From contig JAFGEK010000020.1 in assembly GCA_016931625.1 (NCBI GenBank), forward strand, positions 39,110 through 103,109: a DNA stretch of 64,000 nt. The letters run 5' to 3'. Shown here one piece after another: positions 18,545 to 29,250 of the stretch (within the stretch, counting starts at the first letter, position 1; the number at the start of each line of letters is the position of its first letter). This stretch comes from Deltaproteobacteria bacterium. Its GTDB lineage: Bacteria > Myxococcota > XYA12-FULL-58-9 > JAFGEK01. The notes under the pieces are model-generated. The model was not told the DNA's origin and searched no databases. It saw only the letters and a program-made list of their open reading frames with translations. The translations under genes were made by a program, and so were the position numbers.

Positions 18545-20228
18545 TTTTCATTTTTGTTGTTGAACCAATACGAATGTTGAATTTTCGTGTTATCAGTTTT
18601 TGGGTATCTTCTGTATTAATTCGTAAAATATGGTTACCTGGAGAAAGTTTTATTTTATTAATAGGCGTATTACCATAATACTTGCCATCAATAGCTACTT
18701 TGTTACCTGGTTTAGATGATAAAACAAAAAATCCAAATTGTGTTAGTTTGTCACTAGCTTCATCGAACGGATTTTCTTGATTTTCTAATTGTGCCAAGAG
18801 TGGATCAACTAATGGTGAAAGGGAAACATAGATGATTCTTGATTCTTTAGAAGATAACGTAACCGAAACGAAAGATTCTTGGTAGCCTTCTTTAGCAAGT
18901 TTAAATTCATAGGTAGTGTCAGTTTGAAGAGTGTTTATAGTTACCGGACTAATACCAATAATATGCTCGTCCTGAAATATTTGAGCACCAGCTGGTATTG
19001 TTGAAATTTTTAGTGATGCCAGAGGCGGTTGAGGTGGATTATATTCAACAATATGTACTGATGAAGGAGTCGTATATCTAAAATTTCGCCAGATTACTGC
19101 ACCAACAGTAATTAGTGCGATACTTATTATAGATATTAATATTAGTGTCAGTACTAAAATGTTTTTTTGCTTTTTATTTTGAAGTTTTATTTGCTGTTGC
19201 TGTATATTTACGCGTGTAGTTTCTTGAGTCGTAGCTTTCTTTTTATTTCGTGTCGCAAATGTAAATACTTCGTGTTCTTGCTCTAAGTGGTGTTCAAGTG
19301 GCGATTCAATAATGTTTTCTGGTAAGTGACGTTTGATATAATCAGCTAAGCAATCTTCTGATGCATCTTCTTCGTTTTCCTCAATATATTTTGCTAATGC
19401 TATAGCAACTTCTCTACAATTTGTATAACGCTGTTCACGGTCTCTTTTGAGCATTTTGCTAATTATAAAGTTAAGCTCATCTGGAACCGATGGATCTATA
19501 CTCTTAGGTGTTGATATATCACTTTGAGTCAGAATTTTAATAACTTCTGTATCTTCTTTATCTTTTAATAATCTTCTTCCGGTTACTAATTCCCATAGTA
19601 CAATCCCAAGTGAAAATTGGTCACTACGTCCATCAAGTTCTTTATTTAGAACTTGTTCTGGAGACATATACCTAAGTTTCCCTTTTACTAATTTTGAGCT
19701 TTTAATAGAGGTTTTATGAATTGCTTGAGCGATGCCGAAATCGACTACTTTGGTTACTCCATTGTGGTCGATCATAATATTTTGTAGACCTATATCACGG
19801 TGTACTACACCAAGTGGGTGTCCGTCTGTATCATGTGATTGATGTGCATGATGCAAAGCTAAAGCTGCTCCATGCACTATTTTTGCTGCTAAGTGGCGTG
19901 GCAAAGACTCATTATTACGAATAATTGCAGTCATTAGACGGGCTAAATTTTCGCCTCTAATAAATTCCATTGCAATTATATAGGTATCTTGCCAAGGGCC
20001 AACCTCATAAACTTCAACAATATTAGGGTGATGCAAAAAGGCAGCAACGCGTGCTTCGTCGAGAAACTGCTCAACATGACCAGATTCACGCGCTAAATTC
20101 GGAAGAAGGGTTTTAAGAATTATGAAACGTTCAGAATTATTGATGCCATTGGTTTGTCGAGCAAGAAAAATCTCACCCATTCCACCCACGGCTAGGCGTT
20201 TGATTACTTGGTATTTTCCGAATACCAA
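18537..20228 (-). CDS. Hanks-type Ser/Thr protein kinase with a transmembrane segment and two C-terminal PEGA-like domains. It is a paralog of the 3175 kinase.
   Basis: [33 protein letters not shown], a transmembrane helix ([24 protein letters not shown]), then PEGA-like segments ([13 protein letters not shown]..., [22 protein letters not shown]). Apparent TTG start. The 3' end overlaps the convergent hybrid-kinase gene by 8 nt. Confidence 0.85.
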   Translation of the reverse strand: MVFGKYQVIKRLAVGGMGEIFLARQTNGINNSERFIILKTLLPNLARESGHVEQFLDEARVAAFLHHPNIVEVYEVGPWQDTYIIAMEFIRGENLARLMTAIIRNNESLPRHLAAKIVHGAALALHHAHQSHDTDGHPLGVVHRDIGLQNIMIDHNGVTKVVDFGIAQAIHKTSIKSSKLVKGKLRYMSPEQVLNKELDGRSDQFSLGIVLWELVTGRRLLKDKEDTEVIKILTQSDISTPKSIDPSVPDELNFIISKMLKRDREQRYTNCREVAIALAKYIEENEEDASEDCLADYIKRHLPENIIESPLEHHLEQEHEVFTFATRNKKKATTQETTRVNIQQQQIKLQNKKQKNILVLTLILISIISIALITVGAVIWRNFRYTTPSSVHIVEYNPPQPPLASLKISTIPAGAQIFQDEHIIGISPVTINTLQTDTTYEFKLAKEGYQESFVSVTLSSKESRIIYVSLSPLVDPLLAQLENQENPFDEASDKLTQFGFFVLSSKPGNKVAIDGKYYGNTPINKIKLSPGNHILRINTEDTQKLITRKFNIRIGSTTKMKIK

Positions 20229-20664
20229 ATTAGAGTCTTGTTTTAACGCTGCGGTAACAATAGCTATTACTCCAACCCTATTTTGCTCTATTCACCCTAT
20301 AACAATAATATTGCTAACCAAGATATCATGGAAAACATCGAATTGACAAATGAGTAATGCAACTACAGAAAATAATTTAGTTTTATGCGAGTTGCAAAAT
20401 TATATGAGTTAAAAAGTTATTTGCGCTAAATCATAAGATTTTTTATGCGGTTATAAATATGGGCGATCTTTCATTTTCATATAAATTTAATTCTGCTGGA
20501 TAATAGGCGTGATTTTTTTTCTGGTATTCATTTGGGGTATCTGACAAACTAGTAAGTCTTGGATATATATATGCGGTGGTCTAAGTAACGCGGTAATCTA
20601 TTTAATGTATATGGGGGAGTTGGTGTTTTTTATAATTTATTAACAGCAAACAGAATTTGAGGCT

Positions 20665-22779
20665 ATGCTTCATATTTTTAAGCCGCGAGCAGAGACAAAA
20701 GTCGCTCTCACTCCACATAAAGGTTCAATAAGACTATTTTCCTTTATGGCTATTAGAAATAAGCTACTTATCTTCAATTTAAGTATTATTATTATATTGG
20801 TAGGGTTATTTTCATTTATGGGGAGAGATTTTTATCGTATTGCTAATTTAACGGCTCAAGAACAAAGCATTCATGTAAAAATTAATAATGCAATACTTAG
20901 TTTGCGCGAAAATGCAGAAATCCCTTTAGCAGCCAAGGACAGTAAAACCCTTGAAGAATTATTACAGAGTTTTATAGGTGACCCTGATCTACTAGCAATA
21001 GGTCTTTTTGATAATGACGGCAAGTTAATGGCTAGCCTTGGCAATATTAATGCCTATGTCAAGTTTTTATCTTCAGCTAAATCTGGAACTAAGGTGTTCA
21101 TTGATGATGAAACATTAGGGGCTCGTCTCGATATAGGTGTTCAAGGTATAATTCTTGGCAGTACAATGGCAATATATACGCTTGAAAGAGTAAAAACCGC
21201 TCAACAGCATTTTGTGATGTTTTCTATTGTTATTGCAATAGCTGCTTTTATGACGATATTGCTATCGATTATTATAGGTCGAACAATAGTGCGACCTATT
21301 TATGAGCTAACTCGTATTACTAGTAATATTGTTGATCGTGGTGATTGGTCACAAGAAATTAATATTCGTGGTCATGACGAGATAGGGGTATTGGCGGCAA
21401 GTTTTGCAAAAATGGTAATGATGTTGCAACGTTTTCGTCAGACACTTAATGAATTGACATTGGGCATCACAAAAGTATCTGAACGTGTTTTAGCAATAGC
21501 TCGAAAAGTTGATGAAGGTTCAACATTGTTACAGTCTCGTGTTATCGAGACAGCAAATACAACTACTGAAATGTTAGATTCGTTGCATACTGTTGCTAAA
21601 AGTGTTGAAGTGCTGCAGGGAAATGCCGAGAATAGTGCAACTGCAAATTCACAGATGGTGACGGTAAATCAAAAAGTATCAACTCGTGTGCAAGAGATGG
21701 AGTCGTCAGTCAATTTAACTATGCGCGCTGTTGAACAATTGACCGAATCCATTGTTCAGATAGCGAATAGTATTGATCACCTTAACGTTTCGTTGGCTGA
21801 GACATCTTCTACTATTGTTGAGATGGATGCATCGATTGCTCAAGTTGGGGATAATGCTGGTGAAACTTCGTCATTAGCGCATGCAGTTTCAAATCATGCT
21901 CAAAACGGTGTAGTAGCTCTGGCTGCTACATTAGAGGGTGTTGACCGTGTGAAACTTTCATCTCAATCTGTTTCGGTTGCTTTTGAGAATTTAGATAAAC
22001 AGATTGGCAATGTTGGTGCTATGCTTGATGTCATTAATCAAATTGCTGACCAAACGAACTTGTTAGCGCTAAATGCTGCGATTATTGCTGCAAGTGCTGG
22101 TGAGCATGGTCGTGGTTTTGCTGTAGTCGCCGAAGAAATTAAAGTTTTAGCAATGAATACCCGTAATAAGACGCAAGATATTGCAACTGTAGTGCAAGAT
22201 ATAAAATCTAAATCTAGTGATGCTAAAAGCAGTATTGATATAAGTTTGCAAGAAGTCGACAATGCAGTAAGACTTGGCCTTCAAACTTCAGATGCCTTAG
22301 GTCTGATTTCATCTTCGGCAGATAAAGCCACTTCTATGGTGCGTCAGATAGCCGATGCTAGTTTAGAGCAGACAAAAAGTTCACGTCTTATTACGACAGC
22401 AACCCAACGTATAGTAAAATCGGTAGAAGAAATTTCATCTCGCTCTCGTGAACAATCGCAACGCTCAATTGAAATTCATGATATTGCCGAACGGATGCGC
22501 AACGTTGCATTGCAAGTACAAAAAGCCATTATTGAACAGATGCATGGCAGTGAGCAGATAGGTGATTCTGTTAATAGTATTACAGATATGGTTAAACATC
22601 TTAATGATAGTGAACGATTGCAAACTAGTGGTGCAGATCGTGTTTTACAATCAGTAAATGGTATTCGCCAAGTCGCTGATAGTCAACGCAGTGCAGCAAG
22701 CGAACTGCACCAAACAGTTGACTCACTAAATAAGCAGGCTGAAGTTCTTCACAAAGCGGTACGCGCTTTTCGTGCATAA
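20665..22779 (+). CDS. Methyl-accepting chemotaxis protein (two transmembrane helices, HAMP, MCP signalling domain)
   Basis: [33 protein letters not shown] is the highly conserved MCP signalling-domain core. Two N-terminal transmembrane helices flank a periplasmic region. The start is uncertain (20665 or 20746). Confidence 0.9.
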   Translation: MLHIFKPRAETKVALTPHKGSIRLFSFMAIRNKLLIFNLSIIIILVGLFSFMGRDFYRIANLTAQEQSIHVKINNAILSLRENAEIPLAAKDSKTLEELLQSFIGDPDLLAIGLFDNDGKLMASLGNINAYVKFLSSAKSGTKVFIDDETLGARLDIGVQGIILGSTMAIYTLERVKTAQQHFVMFSIVIAIAAFMTILLSIIIGRTIVRPIYELTRITSNIVDRGDWSQEINIRGHDEIGVLAASFAKMVMMLQRFRQTLNELTLGITKVSERVLAIARKVDEGSTLLQSRVIETANTTTEMLDSLHTVAKSVEVLQGNAENSATANSQMVTVNQKVSTRVQEMESSVNLTMRAVEQLTESIVQIANSIDHLNVSLAETSSTIVEMDASIAQVGDNAGETSSLAHAVSNHAQNGVVALAATLEGVDRVKLSSQSVSVAFENLDKQIGNVGAMLDVINQIADQTNLLALNAAIIAASAGEHGRGFAVVAEEIKVLAMNTRNKTQDIATVVQDIKSKSSDAKSSIDISLQEVDNAVRLGLQTSDALGLISSSADKATSMVRQIADASLEQTKSSRLITTATQRIVKSVEEISSRSREQSQRSIEIHDIAERMRNVALQVQKAIIEQMHGSEQIGDSVNSITDMVKHLNDSERLQTSGADRVLQSVNGIRQVADSQRSAASELHQTVDSLNKQAEVLHKAVRAFRA

Positions 22780-22878
22780 TATTTTTTAACGCTAAGATAA
22801 TTATTATTTACGGTGCAGTCAGAGGATGACTACGCTTAAGTAACGTTTTTTATAAACAGTATTTTTCAGGAGGACGCA

Positions 22879-23622
22879 GTGAACCACAAAATCTGTATGC
22901 CACGAATGCAACAGTATTGGGGGGTATCATTGCTGATACCTTTATTTGTATTGGCGGGGTGTGTTTATGATCCTGACGACCCTTGCGGTGAAGGTTTAGA
23001 ACTTAAAGATAGCGTCTGCGTTTGCCAACCAAACCACATTCCTGAAGAGGTTGGTCGTTGCATACCTTGCGGTGAATTTGAACAAGCCTTTAGCGATACC
23101 TGCGAATGTATTGAAGGCTATTTACGCAATAGTGAAGGCGTATGTGTTGTTAGTAAACAAGGCAAACCATGCAGTGCTACAGAACCATGTGATGATACAA
23201 TTTTTACTTATTGCCATTTGCTTGATGGTGGCAATGTTGGTTATTGCACCACACAAGGTTGTAGCAGCAATAATGACTGTTTAGGTAAATATACTTGTGA
23301 AACAAGAGTATCGCCTCAATACTGTATGAGACCAGCAACAGGATTAGGTAAGGCCTGCGATGGTCCTGATGGTTGTGCACAATATGAAGCTTGGAGTTGT
23401 GATTATTTTTTCGCCCATACCTGTCAAGTAGCTGCTTGTGATTTAGATGATATACTTGATTGTCCTCGCGGTTATGCCTGTTGTAGCTGGCCAAAACTTG
23501 TTGGAAATACTTATTTAAGTGCCGGTGGTACTAGAGGGATACCTACAAATTATTGTTACCCAGAATCGGCGATTAACGATAACGTTGACTTAGGCGCTGA
23601 ATGTGGCGCTGTAAATAAATGA
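22879..23622 (+). CDS. Secreted Cys-rich lipoprotein (about 30 Cys), family A
   Basis: Signal peptide with LAGC lipobox. Repeated NNDC...Y.C segments. It shares the [ND][ND]DC-x(4-8)-Y[TV]C motif with the 36105 ORF. Confidence 0.55.
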   Translation: MNHKICMPRMQQYWGVSLLIPLFVLAGCVYDPDDPCGEGLELKDSVCVCQPNHIPEEVGRCIPCGEFEQAFSDTCECIEGYLRNSEGVCVVSKQGKPCSATEPCDDTIFTYCHLLDGGNVGYCTTQGCSSNNDCLGKYTCETRVSPQYCMRPATGLGKACDGPDGCAQYEAWSCDYFFAHTCQVAACDLDDILDCPRGYACCSWPKLVGNTYLSAGGTRGIPTNYCYPESAINDNVDLGAECGAVNK

Positions 23623-23639
23623 AAGGTTGAAGTCACCCC

Positions 23640-25055
23640 ATGAAAACTACAAAGCTATTATCGTGCTTTGCATCTTTATTGGTGGCGGGCTTCGTTAATT
23701 TCGCCTTTAGCGATGGTGCAAATGCACAGGAAGACTCAGCTACTGGAAATGATGATGAAACGACATTATCAGAACCAGTTGATGAGCCAGTTGCAGAGCC
23801 AATTGCCACTGCTTCTGCTACAAAGAAAACCACAGATGCGGATGCCGCAGCAGCGGCTGCAGTTGCTACTGCAATGTTGGATACCTATCAGCCTATTACT
23901 GAAAAGCACTTAAGCATTTATGGCTTTGCTGATTTTACCTATCTTGATTGGTTTAAGATGCCGACGGATTTTAGGGGAAAGCAGTTAGCAGCATATCCAA
24001 CTTTTACGGTTGGTCATTTAAATGTTTATTTTGATGCAACTTTGGCACGACGCTGGCGTGCTCTTGCCGAAGTTCAATTTTTATATTTACCACACGGCAG
24101 TGATCGCGAAGATGTCGAAGAAGATGATTATCCGCGTTATAACAATGAAGTCTTTGATTATAATGAACCTGGCAAAGATGTTACCTGGAGCGGTATTTCC
24201 GTTGAACGTGTTTGGCTTGAATATCAAATAAGTGATTTGCTTAATATTAGAGCAGGGCAATTCCCCACACCAATTGGTATTTGGAACGTCGATCATAGTT
24301 CTTTGGTTATTATTAATGCATTTGCTCCGTATTTAATCCGTGCTGGTTTTTTTCCGCAAACCCAAACCGGCTTAGAATTATATGGCACCAAAGGCCTGGG
24401 CGATTTTTTGCTGGGCTATAACTTAACGGTTTCTAATGGTCGCGGGCCTATTGATACTTGGCGTGACCTTGATGAAAATAAAGCAGTTGGTGGTAGGTTA
24501 TATGGTCGAACTCGCCTTTTGGGTGAGCTAACATTAGGGGTATCGTTTTACAAAGGCCAATATACTGATCGCGATGCGCCAGAAACGCAAATGCAAGGTG
24601 ATAAAATAGTATCTTTAATTCCTATTCTTGAACAATACGACGAATTTACGATAGCTGCTGATCTTAAGTGGGAATATAAAGGAATACTTTTGCAAAGCGA
24701 AGCTATCTGGAATGAGCGCGCTTATACAAAACATGGCCGTCCTAACGGCAAAGGGTTTCAAGCTGGCATATTCCCACGAGATGGCCGTATGTTGAGTTAT
24801 TATGCTGTAGCTGGCTATCGCTTACCATGGCTACCACTTATGCCGTTTTATTCGTGGGAGCGTTATTTTGGTGGTTATGTATATGCTGGTTCAGGCTACA
24901 ATAGCATTATCATTCATAATCTAGGCTTAAATTATCGTATGCTACCTAACGCGGTTGCCAAAGTAGTATATGCAAACCATCATTTTGTTATGGATGATGG
25001 TAGCAATGAAGGTAGGCACGATGGCATTGAAATTCAACTTGCCTGGGGCTTCTAA
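23640..25055 (+). CDS. Outer-membrane beta-barrel protein (porin-like)
   Basis: Signal peptide, an acidic linker, alternating amphipathic beta-strand character, and the C-terminal ...IQLAWGF with a terminal Phe typical of OM barrels. Confidence 0.55.
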   Translation: MKTTKLLSCFASLLVAGFVNFAFSDGANAQEDSATGNDDETTLSEPVDEPVAEPIATASATKKTTDADAAAAAAVATAMLDTYQPITEKHLSIYGFADFTYLDWFKMPTDFRGKQLAAYPTFTVGHLNVYFDATLARRWRALAEVQFLYLPHGSDREDVEEDDYPRYNNEVFDYNEPGKDVTWSGISVERVWLEYQISDLLNIRAGQFPTPIGIWNVDHSSLVIINAFAPYLIRAGFFPQTQTGLELYGTKGLGDFLLGYNLTVSNGRGPIDTWRDLDENKAVGGRLYGRTRLLGELTLGVSFYKGQYTDRDAPETQMQGDKIVSLIPILEQYDEFTIAADLKWEYKGILLQSEAIWNERAYTKHGRPNGKGFQAGIFPRDGRMLSYYAVAGYRLPWLPLMPFYSWERYFGGYVYAGSGYNSIIIHNLGLNYRMLPNAVAKVVYANHHFVMDDGSNEGRHDGIEIQLAWGF

Positions 25056-25072
25056 GGAAAGGACAAGCACTA

Positions 25073-25558
25073 ATGAAAACGCGGAGTCACGCTATGATTG
25101 CGTTATTAAGTGCTCTGTTAGCAATTCTGCCGTTAGGTGTAGAAGCTAAGGCTGCCGAAAGTGCAAATGTGTTAGTAATAGTTGTTGGTAAAGATTCGCT
25201 ACTTACCAACATACCGTTTAACCAATTGCGCCGTTTATTCATGGCTGAAATTTCAGAAATTGATGGACAAAGGATGTTACCTTTTAATTACGAACCAGGT
25301 AATGATATTAGAGTCGTCTTCGATAAAATGGTTCTTAAGATGGACCCTGATGCAGTTGGGCGCTATTGGGTTGATCGGTTAATTCGTGGCCAAGGAAAAG
25401 CTCCACCGATTGTACGTTCTCCTGAACTTGCCTGTGCGGTTGTTGGTAAACTTAAAGGTGCAATTGTTTACCTACCAATAGATAAGGTAAATGATAGTGT
25501 GCGTGTTATTAGCGTTAATGGCAAAATGCCTAAGGATCAGGGGTATCCTTTACGTTAG
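25073..25558 (+). CDS. Small secreted protein with a PstS/PBP-like-2 type C-terminal pattern (..VNGKMP....GYPLR)
   Basis: Signal peptide. The end resembles the V-NG-V-P...YPL segment of phosphate-binding proteins. The resemblance is weak. Confidence 0.35.
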   Translation: MKTRSHAMIALLSALLAILPLGVEAKAAESANVLVIVVGKDSLLTNIPFNQLRRLFMAEISEIDGQRMLPFNYEPGNDIRVVFDKMVLKMDPDAVGRYWVDRLIRGQGKAPPIVRSPELACAVVGKLKGAIVYLPIDKVNDSVRVISVNGKMPKDQGYPLR

Positions 25559-25627
25559 CTAATAACTAAGCATCCTTACCCAGCAAGGGGTAGCGCTATT
25601 GTTGTTGGTACGCTACAAAGCAGAGGT

Positions 25628-26521
25628 ATGGCAATCATACCTCTTGCTTTAACACCTGGTGACGTTATCAGTGTTATCGCCCCTAGTGGCTGTTTTGACC
25701 ATGATGCTTTCACATCTGGAATAGAAATTCTCAGGCAAGCTGGTTTTCAAACACGTTATAATCAAGATATATTTGTATCACAGCAATATCTTGCTGGTAG
25801 TGATAGTAGACGTATTAATGAATTAAAAGCAGCATTAAATGAACCAGATATCAAAGCTATATGGGTTGCTAGAGGCGGTTATGGAGCTACACGAATAATA
25901 CCCCATATTTCAATAAATCAAATTGTAACTTCACCACGTTGGCTAATTGGTTTTTCTGACACGACTGCTTTACATTCTATATGGTCGCAAGCCAATATCG
26001 TATCTATACACGGTGCTAATATTACTACGTTAAAAACCTGGGATGAAAAAGCACGCCAAGAATTATTTCAATTGTTGAGTTGTCCCAAGCCCATAATCTA
26101 TCAGGGAGAAGTTATATCTGGTGGGCCAAGTTTTGTAAGAGGACGTTTATTAGGTGGTAATCTTACTGTTCTTGCAGCGATGAGTGGTACAGGCGTATAT
26201 GCAAATTTAGATGATTTTATTTTGATGATTGAAGATATTGGTGAACGACCCTATCGTCTTGATCGTAGTCTAACACAATTGCGATATTCTGGAGTGCTAA
26301 GTAAAGTTCGCGGTGTAGCTGTGGGGCAACTTACTAATTGTTGTGATCCAGGTAACGATAAAAATTCTGCATTACAAGCCATACTTAGTGCCTTAACAGA
26401 TATGCATTTACCTATTCTTGCGGGGCTGCCTTTTGGTCATGAACCGAGCGCGCGTGCGGTATTGCTTGGGGCACAAGCAGAATTAAATACACAAAACGCC
26501 ACGCTAACGGTGCAGCCATGA
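25628..26521 (+). CDS. ldcA: LD-carboxypeptidase (muramoyltetrapeptide carboxypeptidase, peptidase S66)
   Basis: GDVISVIAPSG..., GFSDTTAL (nucleophile Ser), ...PFGHEP (His). 297 aa, the typical size. Confidence 0.85.
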   Translation: MAIIPLALTPGDVISVIAPSGCFDHDAFTSGIEILRQAGFQTRYNQDIFVSQQYLAGSDSRRINELKAALNEPDIKAIWVARGGYGATRIIPHISINQIVTSPRWLIGFSDTTALHSIWSQANIVSIHGANITTLKTWDEKARQELFQLLSCPKPIIYQGEVISGGPSFVRGRLLGGNLTVLAAMSGTGVYANLDDFILMIEDIGERPYRLDRSLTQLRYSGVLSKVRGVAVGQLTNCCDPGNDKNSALQAILSALTDMHLPILAGLPFGHEPSARAVLLGAQAELNTQNATLTVQP

Positions 26522-27783
26522 ACGTAATGCAACAGCCTGAACCAACTGTTCCTGATATCGATCGTAGCATTCAAACAGGCATTTATAATAAAACTTTTTC
26601 TGCTGCAGCATGTATTGCTAGTGTGGGTAGCACAATTTTTCATCGTAGTGTGTACGGTTTAGTGTCACAACCACCACCTGTACGCCGTAGCGATTATAAT
26701 TTATTATTTGACCTTGGAGGATTAACTCAAGTTTTAGGCGCTGGATTAGCAGCACTATACCTTATTAGCAAAAACCGTTTAGATTTAGATATTCCACTTG
26801 ATCGTACCATACCTGAGTTTAAACATAGTCGTTTTAGCAAAATAACAGTTTCGATGCTGTTAGAACATTGTGCCGGATTTCCTTCGAGCAATGACCTATC
26901 AAATTATTTGCGCAAGCTCGATAATCGTCGTCCACCAGATAAACGTATTATTGGTACAAGTGCTGCTTTAGCGGAGCTTAAGCGGGTAGTCCCACAATTA
27001 AAATTATCATTTACACCTGGTAGTATGGTTACGGAGTCAGCGGTTAATAGCATGGTGCTTGGGTGGATCATTGAAGCGGTTACCGGAAAACCGCTTGATA
27101 TCTTTTTAGAACGTGAAATATTTAAACCTCTAGGGATTGCTGACCAAATATTTTTTGTGCGCCTATATGAAACTCATCATCCAATGCTTAGTGCTAAAAG
27201 GGTTTTTGCTGCGGGTGAGCAATGTCCATGGCGTAACAAATTGCTTCAAGGTGAAGTTAGTGATGCTACAGCATGGATAGCGGGTGGCGTTGCCGGTCAT
27301 GCTGGGCTTTTTGGCACAATTGATGCGGTATGGACTATTATCGATGCATTACAGCAAAGTTATCATGGTACGGGGCGCTTTTTTTTAGGTGGTGCAGTAA
27401 AACGTTTTTGGACTCGTTCAAAACGTTTAGCTTCTGCTACTCGCGCCTTAGCTTGGGATACCACAACTGTTAATAATCCCAAGGCAGGCAAACGGTTTTC
27501 TCAATCATCAGTTGGGCAAGTTGATCCATTAACTGGAGCGATTTGGATTGATCTAGCAAGTAAAATATCGGGAGTTTTCCTTGCTAATGGCAATCATCCT
27601 CGCGCAACTGACAAAATTGAAGCCATTGCTAAAATTCAATTAAGAGTATTTGAACTAATTGCCAAACACGGAGAGGCAATTTTACCACAGATCAATCAAG
27701 CAATGGGTTCAAAAGCTTTTTATGATTCATCAACTCAAGGCTCAGTGCAAACGTCTTCACCATATGGTGGCCGTCGTTATTAG
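26518..27783 (+). CDS. Beta-lactamase/transpeptidase-fold (class C beta-lactamase-related) protein with degenerate catalytic motifs, a probable pseudo-enzyme
   Basis: Fold motifs are present: FDLGGLTQVLGAGLAALYL (where FDLASLTKV is expected), LLEHCAGFP, AVNSMVLGWIIEAVTGKP, GHAGLFGT. The SxxK motif is GxxQ and the YxN motif is AxN. Translationally coupled to ldcA (ATGA overlap). Confidence 0.7.
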   Translation: MNVMQQPEPTVPDIDRSIQTGIYNKTFSAAACIASVGSTIFHRSVYGLVSQPPPVRRSDYNLLFDLGGLTQVLGAGLAALYLISKNRLDLDIPLDRTIPEFKHSRFSKITVSMLLEHCAGFPSSNDLSNYLRKLDNRRPPDKRIIGTSAALAELKRVVPQLKLSFTPGSMVTESAVNSMVLGWIIEAVTGKPLDIFLEREIFKPLGIADQIFFVRLYETHHPMLSAKRVFAAGEQCPWRNKLLQGEVSDATAWIAGGVAGHAGLFGTIDAVWTIIDALQQSYHGTGRFFLGGAVKRFWTRSKRLASATRALAWDTTTVNNPKAGKRFSQSSVGQVDPLTGAIWIDLASKISGVFLANGNHPRATDKIEAIAKIQLRVFELIAKHGEAILPQINQAMGSKAFYDSSTQGSVQTSSPYGGRRY

Positions 27784-27797
27784 GGGATGTCCCTGAA
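27780..27797. repeat. Variant copy of the TTAGGG-N5-CCCTAA motif (TTAGGGGATGTCCCTGAA), in the promoter region of mpl
   Basis: 14-15 of 17 positions match the 2571 copy. Intergenic, 40 nt upstream of the mpl start. Confidence 0.5.
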
Positions 27798-27834
27798 TTA
27801 GGTTTAAAAGGTTTTAAATTAGGAGATAGATGTT

Positions 27835-29250
27835 TTGAGTTATATTTATATGCTCGGCATTTGCGGCACTGGAGTGGGTGCCTTAGCAGGTTTACTTAAA
27901 CAATTAGGCCATGAAGTAGTTGGTAGCGATGAAAATGTTTATCCTCCCATGAGCGACAAACTAAGAGAATGGGGTATTCCCATTCTTAATGGTTATAACA
28001 TTGAGCATCTTAGCCGTCGTCCTGATTTGGTTGTTGTTGGTAATGTGATTAGGGCCAGCAATCCTGAGGCGATTTTTATACGCGAGCAAGGCATTAAACA
28101 AATGTCAATGCCTGCAGCTATTGCTGAGTTTGGTATTGGTGACCGTCATAGCATCGTCGTAGCCGGAACGCATGGTAAAACCACGGTAACGGCATTAATA
28201 GCTCATCTTTTACTAGCCGCTGGGCGTGATCCGTCTTATTTAATTGGTGGGGCATTAATTGGTTACCCAGAATCTTTTCGCATAACTAATAGTAAATTTT
28301 TTGTTATCGAAGGTGATGAATACGATACAGCATATTTTGATAAAGGACCGAAATTTGTTCATTATCGACCACGTACTGCAATAATCACCAGCCTTGAATT
28401 TGACCATGCTGATATCTTTGAAAATATTGCTGCAGTCGAAAAAGCTTTTGGCCGTCTTGTGCAAACCGTACCTGAAGATGGCCATTTAATAGTTTGGCAT
28501 GGCGCTACGCGTGCTCGCAAACAACTTGCATATGCTGGCAATAGGCATATTACGGTGTATGCTTTGCACCAACAAGATGGCGTAAATTTATATTTAAAAG
28601 AATATATTGATAGTCCAAATGGTCTTATTTTTACGCCAGTCTTTAATGGCGTTTCGCTTGGTTCTATGAATGCGCCATTGTGGGGTGAGGTTAGTGTGCA
28701 AAACGTTCTTGCGGCTATTGCCGCTACAATTGATGCTGGGCTTAATCGTGATGAGTTGGCGCATGGTTTTGCAACTTTTCGTGGGGTAAAGCGTCGCCTT
28801 GAGTTATTGGGTGAACCAAATGGTATAGCGGTAGTTGACGACTTTGGCCATCATCCAACTGCGGTTCGTATGACATTAAACGCTGCTAAGGTACGTTGGC
28901 CTAATCGTCGTTTATGGGCAGTATTTGAGCCGCGTTCAGCTACTGCTCGCAGAAATGTATTACAACACGAATATGTTGATGCTTTTCAAGATGCCGATAT
29001 GGTGGTGATTGCTAGTCATGAGCGTATGAATGAAATTCCTTACGCACAACGTTTTAATCCTCAGTTATTAGTACAGCAAATACAGAAAAAAGGGATAAAT
29101 GCGCGAGCTATCGCGCTAGTAGATGAAATTGCTAACACGATTTACAAAGAAGCAACTAGAGGCGATGTAATTATTTTGTTTTCAAATGGTTCTTTTGGGG
29201 GATTGCATATTAAAGTACTCAGTGATTTAGCGGCACGCCGGAATAAATAA
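27835..29250 (+). CDS. mpl: UDP-N-acetylmuramate:L-alanyl-gamma-D-glutamyl-meso-DAP ligase (murein peptide ligase)
   Basis: The N-terminus (M)SYIYMLGICGTGVGALAGLLKQLGHEVVGSDENVYPPMS matches Mpl (MRIHILGICGTFMGGLA...GSDANVYPPMS). Mur-ligase body. TTG start with AGGAG 9 nt upstream. Confidence 0.85.
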   Translation: MSYIYMLGICGTGVGALAGLLKQLGHEVVGSDENVYPPMSDKLREWGIPILNGYNIEHLSRRPDLVVVGNVIRASNPEAIFIREQGIKQMSMPAAIAEFGIGDRHSIVVAGTHGKTTVTALIAHLLLAAGRDPSYLIGGALIGYPESFRITNSKFFVIEGDEYDTAYFDKGPKFVHYRPRTAIITSLEFDHADIFENIAAVEKAFGRLVQTVPEDGHLIVWHGATRARKQLAYAGNRHITVYALHQQDGVNLYLKEYIDSPNGLIFTPVFNGVSLGSMNAPLWGEVSVQNVLAAIAATIDAGLNRDELAHGFATFRGVKRRLELLGEPNGIAVVDDFGHHPTAVRMTLNAAKVRWPNRRLWAVFEPRSATARRNVLQHEYVDAFQDADMVVIASHERMNEIPYAQRFNPQLLVQQIQKKGINARAIALVDEIANTIYKEATRGDVIILFSNGSFGGLHIKVLSDLAARRNK

